This document shows positions 1 through 10,550 of a stretch of DNA of 64,000 nucleotides, one piece after another (within the stretch, counting starts at the first letter, position 1; each line of letters starts with the position of its first letter). The notes beneath the pieces were generated by a model, which searched no databases, was not told where the DNA came from, and saw only the letters and a program-made list of their open reading frames with translations. Location: positions 384,001-448,000 of the forward strand of contig CAVZRV010000007.1 in assembly GCA_963777605.1 (NCBI GenBank), given 5' to 3'. Made by a program: the position numbers and the translations under genes. The DNA is from an uncultured Acidobacteriota bacterium. Lineage in GTDB: Bacteria; Acidobacteriota; UBA6911; RPQK01; JAPXNP01.

Positions 1-2
1 TT

Positions 3-1100
3 GAGTTTCTACCTAGCTCCCGGTCTCTCGAACAGCGACGTCGCAACGGCCAGGGATACTCCAGGCCGGAACTGGCGATCCTGCTTGCGTACGCAAAAAT
101 GGACCTCAAGAGGTCGCTCCTGGCAAGCACTCTGCTGGCCGCCGAAGTCCTGGAACGTCACCTTTTCGAATACTTCCCCCACCTGGTGAGAGGCGAGTTT
201 CCCGAGGAAGTCCGTAGTCACCAGCTCAAACGGGAGATCGTTGCGACTCGTCTAACCAACCTGCTCATCGATCGCTTGGGGATTGCCTTCATTCATGGCA
301 TCGCGGAGGACACTCAGGGACAGCCGGACGAAACCCTGAGTGCGGTACTGGCCACGCACGAAATCCTGCAACTGGACAAGTTGTTCGATCGTCTTTTCGC
401 CCTGGACAAGTCGGTTGCGGCCACCGCCCAGTACCGCTCGATGGCCTGTCTCAACTCAGCAGCCAAAGGGATTGTCCACTGGCTCATCCTCAGTGGTGCA
501 AGGGAAGAAAGTCTGGAGTCTCTGGTGTCCAAGTACCGCGAGCCGATGCGCGAACTGCGCGCCCGGCTCGACCAGTTCCTCCCCCCGTCCAGTGAACGCA
601 AGCGCTTCCTCAGCCGCAAAAAAGAATCTCTTGACGCCGGGTACCCGGAGGATCTCGCAACCGACATTGCCGCATCCGGTTACTGGGCCAGTTGCATGGG
701 GGTTGCGGACATCAACGTGCGCACGTCGGTCGAGCTCGACCGGGCGGCAAAACGCTTCTATGCCATTGGAGACCTCTTTTCACTCGGATGGATTCGGGAT
801 GAGTTGAGCAATTTCCGGGCAAACTCAAGATGGGAAGCGGTAGCTCTGAACGGAATAATCGCCGACTTGCGCCATCTCCAGCGACAACTCACGGTGATCT
901 CATTCGCAGCAGGAAAGGATCGCGACTGGAAAACCGGCCTGCTCGACGCGCAGCCTGTCCTTATCAATCGGATCAACGCGACAATCGGCCGCTTCCGGGA
1001 ACAAAATACCGTCGATTTGTCGGCGGGCAGCGTATTCGCCCGGCTGATGCTGCAACTAATCCGGAGACTCGAGTTGGAGCACTCGCCAGTGTCGAACTGA
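3..1100 (+). CDS. gdhB: NAD-specific glutamate dehydrogenase (large GdhB type), C-terminal part; 5' end outside the window
   Basis: Frame is open from position 3: EFLPSSRSLEQRRRNGQGYSRPELAILLAYAKM...YFP...HQLKREIVATRLTN, typical of the Bac_GDH C-terminal region. Confidence 0.9.
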   Translation, partial: EFLPSSRSLEQRRRNGQGYSRPELAILLAYAKMDLKRSLLASTLLAAEVLERHLFEYFPHLVRGEFPEEVRSHQLKREIVATRLTNLLIDRLGIAFIHGIAEDTQGQPDETLSAVLATHEILQLDKLFDRLFALDKSVAATAQYRSMACLNSAAKGIVHWLILSGAREESLESLVSKYREPMRELRARLDQFLPPSSERKRFLSRKKESLDAGYPEDLATDIAASGYWASCMGVADINVRTSVELDRAAKRFYAIGDLFSLGWIRDELSNFRANSRWEAVALNGIIADLRHLQRQLTVISFAAGKDRDWKTGLLDAQPVLINRINATIGRFREQNTVDLSAGSVFARLMLQLIRRLELEHSPVSN

Positions 1101-1182
1101 TCAGAGCCGGGTCCCTACCCAGTGGAGTCAGAAAAACCTGACCAACCGCAGGCAGCAAACACGGGCGCCCTTCAGAAAGGCT

Positions 1183-3246
1183 CTACTTCAACCATTTGGC
1201 AAGCCAGGCCAGCACCTCGTCGTGCCATTGGATGCTGTTCGCGGGCTTCAGCACCCAGTGATTCTCGTCGGGAAAGTAGAGAAATCGACTTGGGATCCCC
1301 TGGCGCTGGAGGGCAGTGAAGGCACCCAGTCCCTGCCCCAACGGTACCCGATAGTCTCTTCCCCCCTGAATGACGAGCATTGGGGTCTTCCAGGACGAGA
1401 CGTGAAGGGCCGGGTTGAACTCCTCATGGCCCTGCGGGTTGTCCCAGTAGGTTCCTCCCTGCTCCCACTCGGGAAACCAGAGTTCCTCGGAAGTGAAGTA
1501 CATCGACCTCATGTCGAACACGCCGTCGTGGTTGACGAGGCATCGGAAGCGATCATTCCACATCCCGGCGATCCAGTTGATCATGTATCCCCCGTAGGAC
1601 GCGCCGAGAGCCCCGACCCGGTCCCCGTCCATCCAGGGGTACTTCTCCAGCGTGGCGGCCAAACCCTTCTGAAGGTCGAAGAGTGGCTTGCCTCCCCAGT
1701 CCCGGCTGATTGAATCGGTGAATGCCTGGCCGTATCCGGTTGAACCGTGGAAGTCGACCATCACGGCCGCGTACCCCGCTCCACTGTATGCCTGTGGATT
1801 CCAGCGGTAGTGAAAATGGTTCCCGAATGAACCCTGCGGTCCGCCATGGATCAGAAATGCTACCGGGTACTTCTGATTCGGATCGAAATCGACCGGCTTG
1901 ACGATGTAAACGTAGACCGGCTCACCGTTCCACCCCTTGAAACTGAACTGCTCCGGTTCTCCCATCCGGACCTTGGCCAGCTTCTCACCGTTGATATCTG
2001 TGATCTGGTAAAGATCGGTCCCGTCCAGCCGGACGGAGAAAAGCTCGACCGGCGACCTGAGATTATCCAGAGCAAAGAAAACCCGCCCGGAATGAACTAC
2101 CGGTGATCCGACTGTCCCCTGCTCTTGCAGCACCTGGACCGCCGCGGTGGCCACGTCGATCGAGAACAGGGAACTCTGTCCCAGGTTGTCCGCAGTGACG
2201 ATGAGCTTGGTCCCATCGGAACTCCAGGCCAGGGAACCTGGAGAACGGTCCCACTCCGGCGCCACTTCCCGTTCGGTACCGTCTATTAGAGATCGCAACA
2301 TGACCCGGAATCGGTCAGCCTCGAAACCAGGTCGTGACATCGCCAGGTATGCCAACCATTGCCCGTCGGGAGAAAATGCCGGAGTCGTGTCCCACGCCTT
2401 GTTTACCGCGGTGAGCGATTCCGGCGCCGCGCCGCCGCCAATGGGAACCGAAAAGATGTCAAAGTTGGTCGACCAGGCTTCCCTTCTCCCCACGTCCTTT
2501 GCCGTGAAGAGGACACGCGCACTATCCGGGCTGATCGCGACCTCTTCCATTCCCCCGAACGGCTTCGACGGGCAGTCGGCATCCATTCCGGGCATCAGAT
2601 CGCCCAGGTTCTCACCGTCGAGAGACAAGGAGAACAGGTGTGAACGGCGGCCATCCTCCCAGGTATCCCAGTGGCGCACAAAGAGTTGATCGTAGGCCTG
2701 CCCGGACGCCTTCTCCTCCTCCAGCTTCTTCAGGCGTTCCGTCGTGCAATCAAGGGACTTACAGGCAGGGAACACTTCCATCGAAACGATCAAATGGCGG
2801 CCGTCAGGGGATACGATCAGGTTCTCCACGCCGAGCGGAAGGTGGCTTACCTGCTGTGCCTCACCCCCCTTGAGATCGATCTTCCAGACCTGCATGGATC
2901 CCGATCGACTGGACAGAAACCAGATCAGATCTCCACTGGGATCCCACCGTGGGCTCGCATCCGTAGCGTCGCTGGTGGTCAATCGTCTGAGATTCTTCCC
3001 GTCGGCTCCCACGATCCACAGATCGGTAGTGCCCCGGTTATGGTCCAGATCAGTCTTCCGGAGAACGAACACAATCGTTGCCCCGTCCGGCGAGACCTCG
3101 TGGTCACTGATCCGATCCATCGCCAGCATGTCGTGAACCGTGAACGGATGCGTGTCTTGAGCGGCTACGTTCGTTACCAAAAGCATCCAGAAAACCCCGA
3201 CTCCCATGAATTTGAAGGTCCGAATCAAACCGGGCCGATTAACCAT
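1183..3246 (-). CDS. S9 family peptidase (dipeptidyl/acylaminoacyl peptidase) with beta-propeller
   Basis: HGGP, GSTGYG, nucleophile GASYGG, D(YRVP) and ENH(WV) triad; PD40-like SPDG repeats; GAGGAGG RBS before ATG 3246. Confidence 0.93.
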   Translation of the reverse strand: MVNRPGLIRTFKFMGVGVFWMLLVTNVAAQDTHPFTVHDMLAMDRISDHEVSPDGATIVFVLRKTDLDHNRGTTDLWIVGADGKNLRRLTTSDATDASPRWDPSGDLIWFLSSRSGSMQVWKIDLKGGEAQQVSHLPLGVENLIVSPDGRHLIVSMEVFPACKSLDCTTERLKKLEEEKASGQAYDQLFVRHWDTWEDGRRSHLFSLSLDGENLGDLMPGMDADCPSKPFGGMEEVAISPDSARVLFTAKDVGRREAWSTNFDIFSVPIGGGAAPESLTAVNKAWDTTPAFSPDGQWLAYLAMSRPGFEADRFRVMLRSLIDGTEREVAPEWDRSPGSLAWSSDGTKLIVTADNLGQSSLFSIDVATAAVQVLQEQGTVGSPVVHSGRVFFALDNLRSPVELFSVRLDGTDLYQITDINGEKLAKVRMGEPEQFSFKGWNGEPVYVYIVKPVDFDPNQKYPVAFLIHGGPQGSFGNHFHYRWNPQAYSGAGYAAVMVDFHGSTGYGQAFTDSISRDWGGKPLFDLQKGLAATLEKYPWMDGDRVGALGASYGGYMINWIAGMWNDRFRCLVNHDGVFDMRSMYFTSEELWFPEWEQGGTYWDNPQGHEEFNPALHVSSWKTPMLVIQGGRDYRVPLGQGLGAFTALQRQGIPSRFLYFPDENHWVLKPANSIQWHDEVLAWLAKWLK

Positions 3247-3404
3247 TGCAACCTCCTCACATATCGGTGGCAAAGAGCGCTATGAGATTTCTCAAAAGGC
3301 AGGAGTGAAGTCAAGTCCACCCGGGTGTTGGAGCACCGAGTGGGGTTGGAACACAGTGGAAGAGGGGGCGCGATCGCTGAACCCGTGGAAGCATCCATCT
3401 TCGA

Positions 3405-4187
3405 TTAGGGAAGAAGGAAGCAAGGAGCCATTCCCGTCCGGGTCTCCTCCCATTCTTCAGCCGCCGGATTGGCGTCACCTTCAGCGACAGCAGTCGCTTG
3501 AGTTGCGGGCGGGAAGACAGCTTCGAGAGGCTCGACGAACCATTTGAGATTCGGGAGGGCCAGTTCATTGCGGTCGGGGACTATCCGTTCCACGAATACT
3601 CTGCCTTCTTTCGGAGTGACAGGAGTCGGGCTGTCAACCCAGCCTTTGCCGGATGGGTGCCGACGCAGTACTCTCCTCAGATCCAGGTAGGGCCAACTCG
3701 AGGGATACGTGAGATTTAACCGGAGCAACCAGTCGAGCCTTCTCTTGTCTTTAATCCGGAGCAACTGGGACCACTGGACCGTAGTTCGGGCTTTGAACGC
3801 CTGGATCCGGTCGGCACCAAGCAGGGCCCCGTATAGAATTGCCCCGAATCCGCCCATGGAATTGCCGAAACAAACGATCCGTTCAGCCGATGCTCTCGCA
3901 GCCAACACCTTGAGATTGGCGACCGATTTTCGGACGGTGTCGCCAAGTCCGGGAATCCCGGCGAGGTAGAACTTCTTCAGGGGATCTTTCAGCATGATAC
4001 GGTTGACCCGCAGATCACTCGTGATGCGGTTGGACTCAAACTCGCGCATCCCCAACTGACCGGCAACTCCACCAAAGCAAAGCAAGAGGGTCCTGCTGTC
4101 ATCGTTGGGGATGAACCGATACGCTGGTTCGTCGGTCAGCACTTTCGCTTTACCTGACATTTCCCCACCAAGAGCCGTATTCACCAC
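3405..4187 (-). CDS. Alpha/beta-hydrolase-like hypothetical protein, C-terminus possibly degenerate
   Basis: LLLCFGG start and GNSMGG nucleophile elbow; no obvious C-terminal catalytic His. Confidence 0.55.
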   Translation of the reverse strand: MVNTALGGEMSGKAKVLTDEPAYRFIPNDDSRTLLLCFGGVAGQLGMREFESNRITSDLRVNRIMLKDPLKKFYLAGIPGLGDTVRKSVANLKVLAARASAERIVCFGNSMGGFGAILYGALLGADRIQAFKARTTVQWSQLLRIKDKRRLDWLLRLNLTYPSSWPYLDLRRVLRRHPSGKGWVDSPTPVTPKEGRVFVERIVPDRNELALPNLKWFVEPLEAVFPPATQATAVAEGDANPAAEEWEETRTGMAPCFLLP

Positions 4188-4268
4188 TCCTTAAACCGCC
4201 GCCCGCCCGTTCCGCCCTGGATTGGCCTGCAGCCATGCTGTCTTTCAACTACCCTGACTCTCGGGGAA

Positions 4269-5627
4269 TCAGCTTTCCAACAATCGTGCGGCGGTGTCGT
4301 CGTCCTTCAGGTAACGCACCCCCGGTTCCCGCAGCAGTGACTGAAACTCTTCGGAAGCGAGATCGGACCGAATCGCCACCTCGAGAGGATCCCCGTAGAA
4401 CAACTTCCGGTTGAGAGTGTCGAGCAGCGAGTTGATCCGCAGATAGTGGTTCGCCTTCGGCGCTTCCAGGACGACCGTCAATCGGTTTCCACTCACCGTG
4501 ATCGCCATGACCTCCGGAATGGGGGAAATCCTGTTCACAAAACGTTGAACCATGCGCGCCCGGCGGTTTCGTATGTAGCGATAAACCGGAAGGCCTATAA
4601 GACCCAACAAGACCAGGCTCCCGACCTCGACCTTGTTGATGATGAGGTACGTCACCAGGCCGAGCACCGCGACGATGACAACCGCCCCGGTCACTCCGAG
4701 GGGCAGGGAGTACTGCACCCATTCTTTCAGGCGATCGACGCGTTCCCTTAACGTCACCGGACGCTGGGACCCGGTCTCAAGAACATCCTTGAGTTCCTTG
4801 AGGTCGCTCAGGAGAACTTCAGCAGACTGATAACGGTCTTCAGGGCGTTTTCTCAGGCAACGTGAGACAATTCTTTGGAGATCAGGAGGTACATCCCTGC
4901 GGACCACCGTGACCGGGCGAACCTCCTCGAAGGCGATCGCGTGCATCGTATCCAGCGCGCTCTGCCCGCGAAAGGGCAACTCCCCGATCACCATTTCATA
5001 GAGAAGCACTCCGAGCGAAAAGAGGTCGGTTCGGTGATCAATCTCTTTGGCCCGGGCCTGTTCCGGACTCATGTAGGCCACTGTCCCGAGAACCGTCCCA
5101 ATCTGGGTCGCAGCCACTGTCTCGATCGACGATGCGGAACCCAGGGAGGCGCCGGCGTCCATCAACTTGGCCAAACCGAAGTCCAGGATCTTGACTCGCC
5201 CTTCCGGCGTCACCATGATGTTGTCCGACTTGATGTCCCGGTGGACGATGTTCCTGGCATGCGCCTGAGCCAGCCCGTCGGCTACCTGGATCGCGATTTC
5301 CACCGCCCCGAGGAGATCGATCTCACGGTTCGCAATCAGCCTGCGCACAGTCTGCCCCTCGACGTATTCGAGCGCCATGTAGAGCATGCCGTCGACTTCG
5401 TCCACCTCGTAAACCTGGGCGACCGCGGGATGGCTGATTTGAGAGGCTGATCGGGCCTCCCTGAGAAACCGCTTCTTCAAATCGGGATTCTCGGCGATTT
5501 CCTCTTTGAGCACTTTGAGAGCTACGGGGCGGGACAGTCGGGTATCGATCGCTTTGTAGACGACACCCATTCCCCCCTTCCCGAGGAGTTCAACCACTTC
5601 ATAGTGCTTGACCTTCTGCCCAATCAT
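4269..5627 (-). CDS. Hanks-type Ser/Thr protein kinase with two TM helices and a C-terminal domain
   Basis: LGKGGMGVVY, VALK, HRDIKSDN, DFG, YMSPEQ; hydrophobic hairpin after the kinase domain. Confidence 0.95.
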   Translation of the reverse strand: MIGQKVKHYEVVELLGKGGMGVVYKAIDTRLSRPVALKVLKEEIAENPDLKKRFLREARSASQISHPAVAQVYEVDEVDGMLYMALEYVEGQTVRRLIANREIDLLGAVEIAIQVADGLAQAHARNIVHRDIKSDNIMVTPEGRVKILDFGLAKLMDAGASLGSASSIETVAATQIGTVLGTVAYMSPEQARAKEIDHRTDLFSLGVLLYEMVIGELPFRGQSALDTMHAIAFEEVRPVTVVRRDVPPDLQRIVSRCLRKRPEDRYQSAEVLLSDLKELKDVLETGSQRPVTLRERVDRLKEWVQYSLPLGVTGAVVIVAVLGLVTYLIINKVEVGSLVLLGLIGLPVYRYIRNRRARMVQRFVNRISPIPEVMAITVSGNRLTVVLEAPKANHYLRINSLLDTLNRKLFYGDPLEVAIRSDLASEEFQSLLREPGVRYLKDDDTAARLLES

Positions 5628-5702
5628 CGTGTGTTCCGTTATTACAACACCTTCACACGGACAAGAGAAAAGATGATGAATAAATTTCTGCTTGTCGCGT
5701 AG

Positions 5703-5732
5703 TGCTATCGAAGTGATATCATATCGGTATCA
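5703..5732 (+). promoter_or_regulatory. Candidate operator: three TATC-core boxes at an 11-bp period
   Basis: TGCTATCG (5703), TGATATCA (5714) and CGGTATCA (5725), upstream of the SPFH + ribbon-helix-helix operon. Confidence 0.5.
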
Positions 5733-5759
5733 TCGAGTCGTTTCCGCCTAAGGAGGAGA

Positions 5760-6632
5760 GTGATGATTAAGGAAAGATCTGCACAGACAATGCCGGGACT
5801 GGTTCTGCTTCTGCTCCACGTTCTCGTGCTGGGGATGGTGATCTACTGGTTCGTGGTTTCCATCCAGCAAACAAGGCCGTTCTCCATCATCGTTGCTTCT
5901 ATTACTATGGCCGTAGTTCTGATCGGATTCGCCGGTTTCTTTATCGTCAATCCAAACGAAGCAAAGGTTCTCCAGCTTTTCGGAGCCTACCGGGGAAGTG
6001 AACTCTTGGACGGCCTGCGGTGGGCCAACCCCTTCTACAGCAAGAAGCGCGTGTCGGTGAGGGTTCGGAACTTCGAAACCGGCAAGCTCAAGGTTAACGA
6101 CAAGGCGGGTAACCCGATTGAGATTGGCTCCGTGGTGGTCTGGAAGGTGATTGACACGGCGGAAGCGGTCTTCGAGGTGGACGACTTTGAGAACTACGTG
6201 CACGTACAAAGCGAAGCGGCGCTGCGAAATCTCGCCACCGGCTATCCCTACGTCGCTCACGAAGACGAGGGAATTTCAATGGTCACCCACACGGCTGAGA
6301 TCTCCGACAAGCTCAAGGTCGAGATCCAGGAACGGCTTTCCCGGGCAGGCGTCGAAGTCCTTGAGGCCCGGATCAGCCACCTGGCCTACTCGCCGGAAAT
6401 CGCCGCTGCGATGCTCCAGCGGCAGCAGGCAAGCGCGGTGGTCGCCGCCCGGCAGAAAATTGTGGAAGGAGCGGTCGGAATGGTGGAAACAGCACTCGAA
6501 ATGCTCTCAGCGAAGAAGGTTATTGAACTCGACGAAGAGCGGAAAGCGGCCATGGTGAGTAACCTACTGGTGGTACTTTGCAGCGATCGTCATACCCAGC
6601 CGGTTGTGAACACCGGCACGCTTTACAACTGA
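5760..6632 (+). CDS. SPFH (band 7) domain membrane protein
   Basis: Two N-terminal TMs, [45 protein letters not shown]. Confidence 0.95.
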   Translation: MMIKERSAQTMPGLVLLLLHVLVLGMVIYWFVVSIQQTRPFSIIVASITMAVVLIGFAGFFIVNPNEAKVLQLFGAYRGSELLDGLRWANPFYSKKRVSVRVRNFETGKLKVNDKAGNPIEIGSVVVWKVIDTAEAVFEVDDFENYVHVQSEAALRNLATGYPYVAHEDEGISMVTHTAEISDKLKVEIQERLSRAGVEVLEARISHLAYSPEIAAAMLQRQQASAVVAARQKIVEGAVGMVETALEMLSAKKVIELDEERKAAMVSNLLVVLCSDRHTQPVVNTGTLYN

Positions 6633-6634
6633 TC

Positions 6635-6847
6635 GTGTCCAAACGAAAGGCTTTCCTGCTCCGAATCGACCCGGCTCTTCTGGATGCACTCCAGGACTGG
6701 GCCCAGGACGAGTTTCGGAGTCTCAATGGACAGCTCGAGTTCCTGTTGCGTCGGGAACTGAAAGAAGCGGGTCGGCTCCCCCGGAAGGGTCGGCCCGATC
6801 GATCTCGAACGCCAGGAAACACGCCTGCTTCCGAAAACGAAACCTGA
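6635..6847 (+). CDS. Arc/ribbon-helix-helix family DNA-binding protein
   Basis: GTG two bases after the SPFH stop; KAFLLRIDPALLDALQDWAQDEFRSLNGQLEFLL. Confidence 0.85.
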   Translation: MSKRKAFLLRIDPALLDALQDWAQDEFRSLNGQLEFLLRRELKEAGRLPRKGRPDRSRTPGNTPASENET

Positions 6848-6951
6848 GCCCGGATCCAACGCGATTTCCTCATCACAGCCTCCCTTGACAGGTGAATACG
6901 CCCCCAAAAACCGCTAGAATCATTTCACTTAGACAAAGAGTGGGAGGCTCG

Positions 6952-8601
6952 ATGAGCAAGGCGCAGTTGAAACTGCTGGACCCCGGTGGCCAGCAGCCGG
7001 TGTTTGAGCTGGGCAAGGACGAGTTGGTGATCGGCCGCCTGTCCGACTCCGATATTGTCATTACAAACCCCTACGTGTCGCGCAAACATGCGAAGATCAT
7101 CTGTCGCGGCAACACTTACTTCGTCTGCGACCTCAACAGCACCCACGGGACTTTTGTCAACGGCTCACGGGTTTCCGAACAGCGTCTCCTGCCAGGGGAC
7201 CGAATCTCTCTCGGTCACGACCAGGTCCAACTTTTGTTCCAGGGAGCAAACGAGGTCCAGGAGCCCCAAAAAACGCGGCTGAGCCAGGGTGACATGGAGA
7301 AGTCGGTAATGCAGCTGACTTCGGTCATTCCAATGGCTCACACTGAAGCTTCTTACCTGGAGAAGATTTCACACATTCTTGATTTCCAGGTTCACTGGGA
7401 ACAGAGTTTCTCCCCGGAGGACACTTTTCGGCAGATCATTGAGGCCGCGCTCAAGCTGAGTGGCGCAGAACGCGGGTACATCCTGCTGAAGGAAGATCCC
7501 AGCTTCAAATACATCGTCGGCATGAACGGCAACGGTGACCTGCTCAAAGAACAGGACTTCCGCACCAGCCAGACGGTAGTCCAGGAGGTTGTTTCCGGAG
7601 GCCAACCGGTCCTCATGACCCAGAACATCGACCAGGCCTTCGCCCAGCAGCAGAGCATCCTGGCCATGGACCTCCGCGCCGTGGCCTGCATGCCGCTGCG
7701 CTGGATCTCCCCCGACTCGGAAAAGCCGGATGTGCGCGGGATTCTTTACCTCGACAGTACGAAGACGATGCACGCGCTGACCGGACTCGATCAGAAGATC
7801 CTCAACAAACTGGCGGACGAGGCTGCCAACGTCTTCGAGAAACTGGAGATGATCCAGGCGTTCGAGGAGCGAAAGGCCTTCGAAAAGGAACTTGGCCTGG
7901 CCCGCGAGACGCAGACAACGCTGCTTCCAGCGGAACTCCCCAAAATCCCGGGTTTCGAACTGGCGGCATTCAGTCAGCCGACCCGTTATGTGGGCGGTGA
8001 CTTCTATGATTTCCTGCCCCGAGAGGCCTCCGCTATCACCGGTGTCCTTGCCGACGTTTCGGGAAAGGGAATATCCGCTGCTTTGCTTAGTTCACTGGTT
8101 CAGGGTGCTCTCCAGGTCGAATGCCGCTCGGGAAAACCGCTCAATGAAGCGGTGCAACTCGTCAACCTGTACCTCTGCGAGAAGTCGCGCTCGAACCGAT
8201 TCGTCACCCTGTTCCTGTTTAGCATCGCTGGCAACGGGAAGGGTGAATTCATCAGCGCGGGACACAACCCCGCTTACCTCTTTCGTGCCTCGAAGGGGAC
8301 CGTCGAGGAACTTTCATCCCAGGGGCTGATTTTGGGGGCATTCAGCTTCGCGGCCTACTCTGCCGAACCCGTTGAAATGGCCTCCGGCGACATCCTGGTA
8401 GTCTACACCGATGGCATTACGGAAGCGATGAACCCGAAAGACGAGATGTTCGGAGAAGAGCGCCTGGTAAGCTTGATCAGAGAGAATTCGCGAAAGGGCT
8501 GTCACGAATTGGAGCGAATCATCCTGAAAGCCATACAGGATTTCACCGAGGGACGGGCTCAGACTGATGACATGACCATGGTCATCGTCCAGATGAAATG
8601 A
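6952..8601 (+). CDS. FHA + GAF + SpoIIE/PP2C phosphatase
   Basis: FHA (IGR..SD, VSRKHA, STHGTFVNG), GAF middle region, PP2C motifs GGDFYD, ADVSGKG, YTDG, DDMT. Confidence 0.93.
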   Translation: MSKAQLKLLDPGGQQPVFELGKDELVIGRLSDSDIVITNPYVSRKHAKIICRGNTYFVCDLNSTHGTFVNGSRVSEQRLLPGDRISLGHDQVQLLFQGANEVQEPQKTRLSQGDMEKSVMQLTSVIPMAHTEASYLEKISHILDFQVHWEQSFSPEDTFRQIIEAALKLSGAERGYILLKEDPSFKYIVGMNGNGDLLKEQDFRTSQTVVQEVVSGGQPVLMTQNIDQAFAQQQSILAMDLRAVACMPLRWISPDSEKPDVRGILYLDSTKTMHALTGLDQKILNKLADEAANVFEKLEMIQAFEERKAFEKELGLARETQTTLLPAELPKIPGFELAAFSQPTRYVGGDFYDFLPREASAITGVLADVSGKGISAALLSSLVQGALQVECRSGKPLNEAVQLVNLYLCEKSRSNRFVTLFLFSIAGNGKGEFISAGHNPAYLFRASKGTVEELSSQGLILGAFSFAAYSAEPVEMASGDILVVYTDGITEAMNPKDEMFGEERLVSLIRENSRKGCHELERIILKAIQDFTEGRAQTDDMTMVIVQMK

Positions 8602-10003
8602 CTTCCCCGTTATGGGGAGCGTGAGTGTAAACGAGCCTATCCAGCACCCGCGAGAAAAGGCCGAGCCCAAATTTGAAATCCTCGACGGAAATCCGCTCAT
8701 TCCGGCCATGAATTCCCCGCCCGTATTCGGCCACGTGCCGGAAAGGCGAGAATCCGTATGCTGGAATGCCGCGCTCGCGGAACAGCCGGCTGTCGGTGAA
8801 TCCGGGCGAGACGGAGGGACCGACTTCCGCGTCGAGTCCAATCTCTTCGAGAGACTGGGCAATCGCCCGCACGAGTTCGACTTTCTCGGGCGACCGACTG
8901 GGATGGACTTCCAGCAGCGGCTCCAGCTCAATGGCTGGATCATCTATGACCACCACCAACTCCCGGAGGAACTCCCCCGGGTCGGTACCGGGAAGAAGCC
9001 TGCAGTCAAGTTCGGCCCATGCCAGTGAAGGAATGCTGTTCACCGTGTCTCCGGCTCTGAGTACCGTCGTATGCACTGTGTTCTGCAGGAGCGCCTGAAA
9101 ATAGGGTCCAAGGCGAAAAGGATCGAACTCAGGGTTGAGAACCGCAGAACGGATATCCTGAAGAATCGGCCTTATCTCCCGGGGCTCGAAGCGGGCGATT
9201 CTCCGGAAGAAGCGCTCCACCGTGGGCTCGACTCGCAGTGGTGGCCGGTATCTCCCGATCCGCTCGAGTGCCCGAATCAGCCGATCGACCGGCGAATCGG
9301 CTGAGGCCAGAGCCGCGTGCCCACCGACACCTCTCACCGACAATCTCAACCAGAGAGGGGCTTTCTGCGCGACCTCGATTCCAACGTAGGAAAGGCTCCC
9401 TGAGTTCTCGACGTTTGATCCGCCTTCGTTCAAAACCAGCCCGGCCTCCCGAAAGCGATCGAAGTAATTGTCCAGCAGCCAGGCGGTTCCCAGGCGGCTG
9501 CCGGCCTCCTCATCTGCGGATGCGATCAGGATGACGTCGCGAGAGAGAGGCATTCCGCTGCGCTTGAGGCGGAGAAACGACATCAGGTGAACGACCCCGA
9601 GGCCTTTCATGTCGAGCGCCCCACGTCCCCAGATGGCACCCTCCCGGATCTCTCCCGAAAAAGAGTCTTCATCTCCCTCGGCCGGCGGGACGACGTCGAG
9701 GTGCTGGAGCAGAATCAGTGGCCGGCGTTCATCACTCCCCTTGAGGCGAGCGATCAAAGTCGCCCTGCCCGGCACGGGTTCAAAGATCTCGTAAGGGATC
9801 TGCTCCCGGTCCAGGACATCCGCGATATAGAGGGCGGCCTCGAGTTCGTTCCCGGGAGGGTTGGAAGTGTCGATCTTCAGGTAACCAGAAAGGACGTCGA
9901 TCCCTTCCTTTGCAAATGCAGCATCCAGCGTCGGGCGCTGGGCAACCAGCAAGCCCAAATGGAAGCAAAAAGTAGTTAGCCCGACAACAAGAATTCGGAA
10001 CAT
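8582..10003 (-). CDS. M20/M25/M40 family metallopeptidase, secreted
   Basis: HLDVVP, GRGALDMKG, ADEE, NEGG, HGRNE; signal-peptide-like N-terminus. Confidence 0.9.
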   Translation of the reverse strand: MFRILVVGLTTFCFHLGLLVAQRPTLDAAFAKEGIDVLSGYLKIDTSNPPGNELEAALYIADVLDREQIPYEIFEPVPGRATLIARLKGSDERRPLILLQHLDVVPPAEGDEDSFSGEIREGAIWGRGALDMKGLGVVHLMSFLRLKRSGMPLSRDVILIASADEEAGSRLGTAWLLDNYFDRFREAGLVLNEGGSNVENSGSLSYVGIEVAQKAPLWLRLSVRGVGGHAALASADSPVDRLIRALERIGRYRPPLRVEPTVERFFRRIARFEPREIRPILQDIRSAVLNPEFDPFRLGPYFQALLQNTVHTTVLRAGDTVNSIPSLAWAELDCRLLPGTDPGEFLRELVVVIDDPAIELEPLLEVHPSRSPEKVELVRAIAQSLEEIGLDAEVGPSVSPGFTDSRLFRERGIPAYGFSPFRHVAEYGRGIHGRNERISVEDFKFGLGLFSRVLDRLVYTHAPHNGEVISSGR

Positions 10004-10058
10004 CACCCCATCCGGTCCGCGATAGATCTCATTATATGGCAAGGCTGGTCGGGCCGAT

Positions 10059-10550
10059 TCACCTACCGGAGAAGAGATCGATTTGGCGGGCCGCTTCGTA
10101 AGCCACAATTGCTGCCGCGCTCGACAGGTTCAGGCTGCGCACTCCCGAGCTTCGCATCGGAATTTTCCGGTGGCTGGCCGAATAGTTGGCAAGCAACCAG
10201 TCAGGCAACCCCTTGGTCTCACTACCAAACACGAGATAATCACCCGGCTTGTACCGAACCTCGGCGTACGAGACCGCCGCCCGCTTCGTCAAGAGGTGAA
10301 CATCCTCCGGTGCCAGCCCTGCAAAGAAGGCCTCCACATCCGGGCAGACATTCACGTCTACGAGATGCCAGTAATCCAATCCGGCTCGCTTCAGATAGCG
10401 GTTGGAAATCTCGAATCCCAGTTCCCCGACCAGGAAAAGGGGGACCTGGAGAGCTGCACAGAGTCTCGCCACGTTCCCCGTGTTGGGCGGAATCTGCGGC
10501 TGAACCAGTACAATCTTGGGCCCGGCTTTCATTTTCTTCCCCGATTTCAC
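10059..10550 (-). CDS. trmL: tRNA (cytidine/uridine34-2'-O)-methyltransferase
   Basis: PQIPPNTGNVARLC, KRAGLDYW, FGSETKGLP, RSLNLS, YEAARQ. Confidence 0.95.
   Translation of the reverse strand: MKSGKKMKAGPKIVLVQPQIPPNTGNVARLCAALQVPLFLVGELGFEISNRYLKRAGLDYWHLVDVNVCPDVEAFFAGLAPEDVHLLTKRAAVSYAEVRYKPGDYLVFGSETKGLPDWLLANYSASHRKIPMRSSGVRSLNLSSAAAIVAYEAARQIDLFSGR

Noticed and set aside
3311-3700. Hidden frameshifted continuation of the alpha/beta hydrolase
   Set aside because: I could not find a convincing His-containing catalytic segment in the alternative frames.
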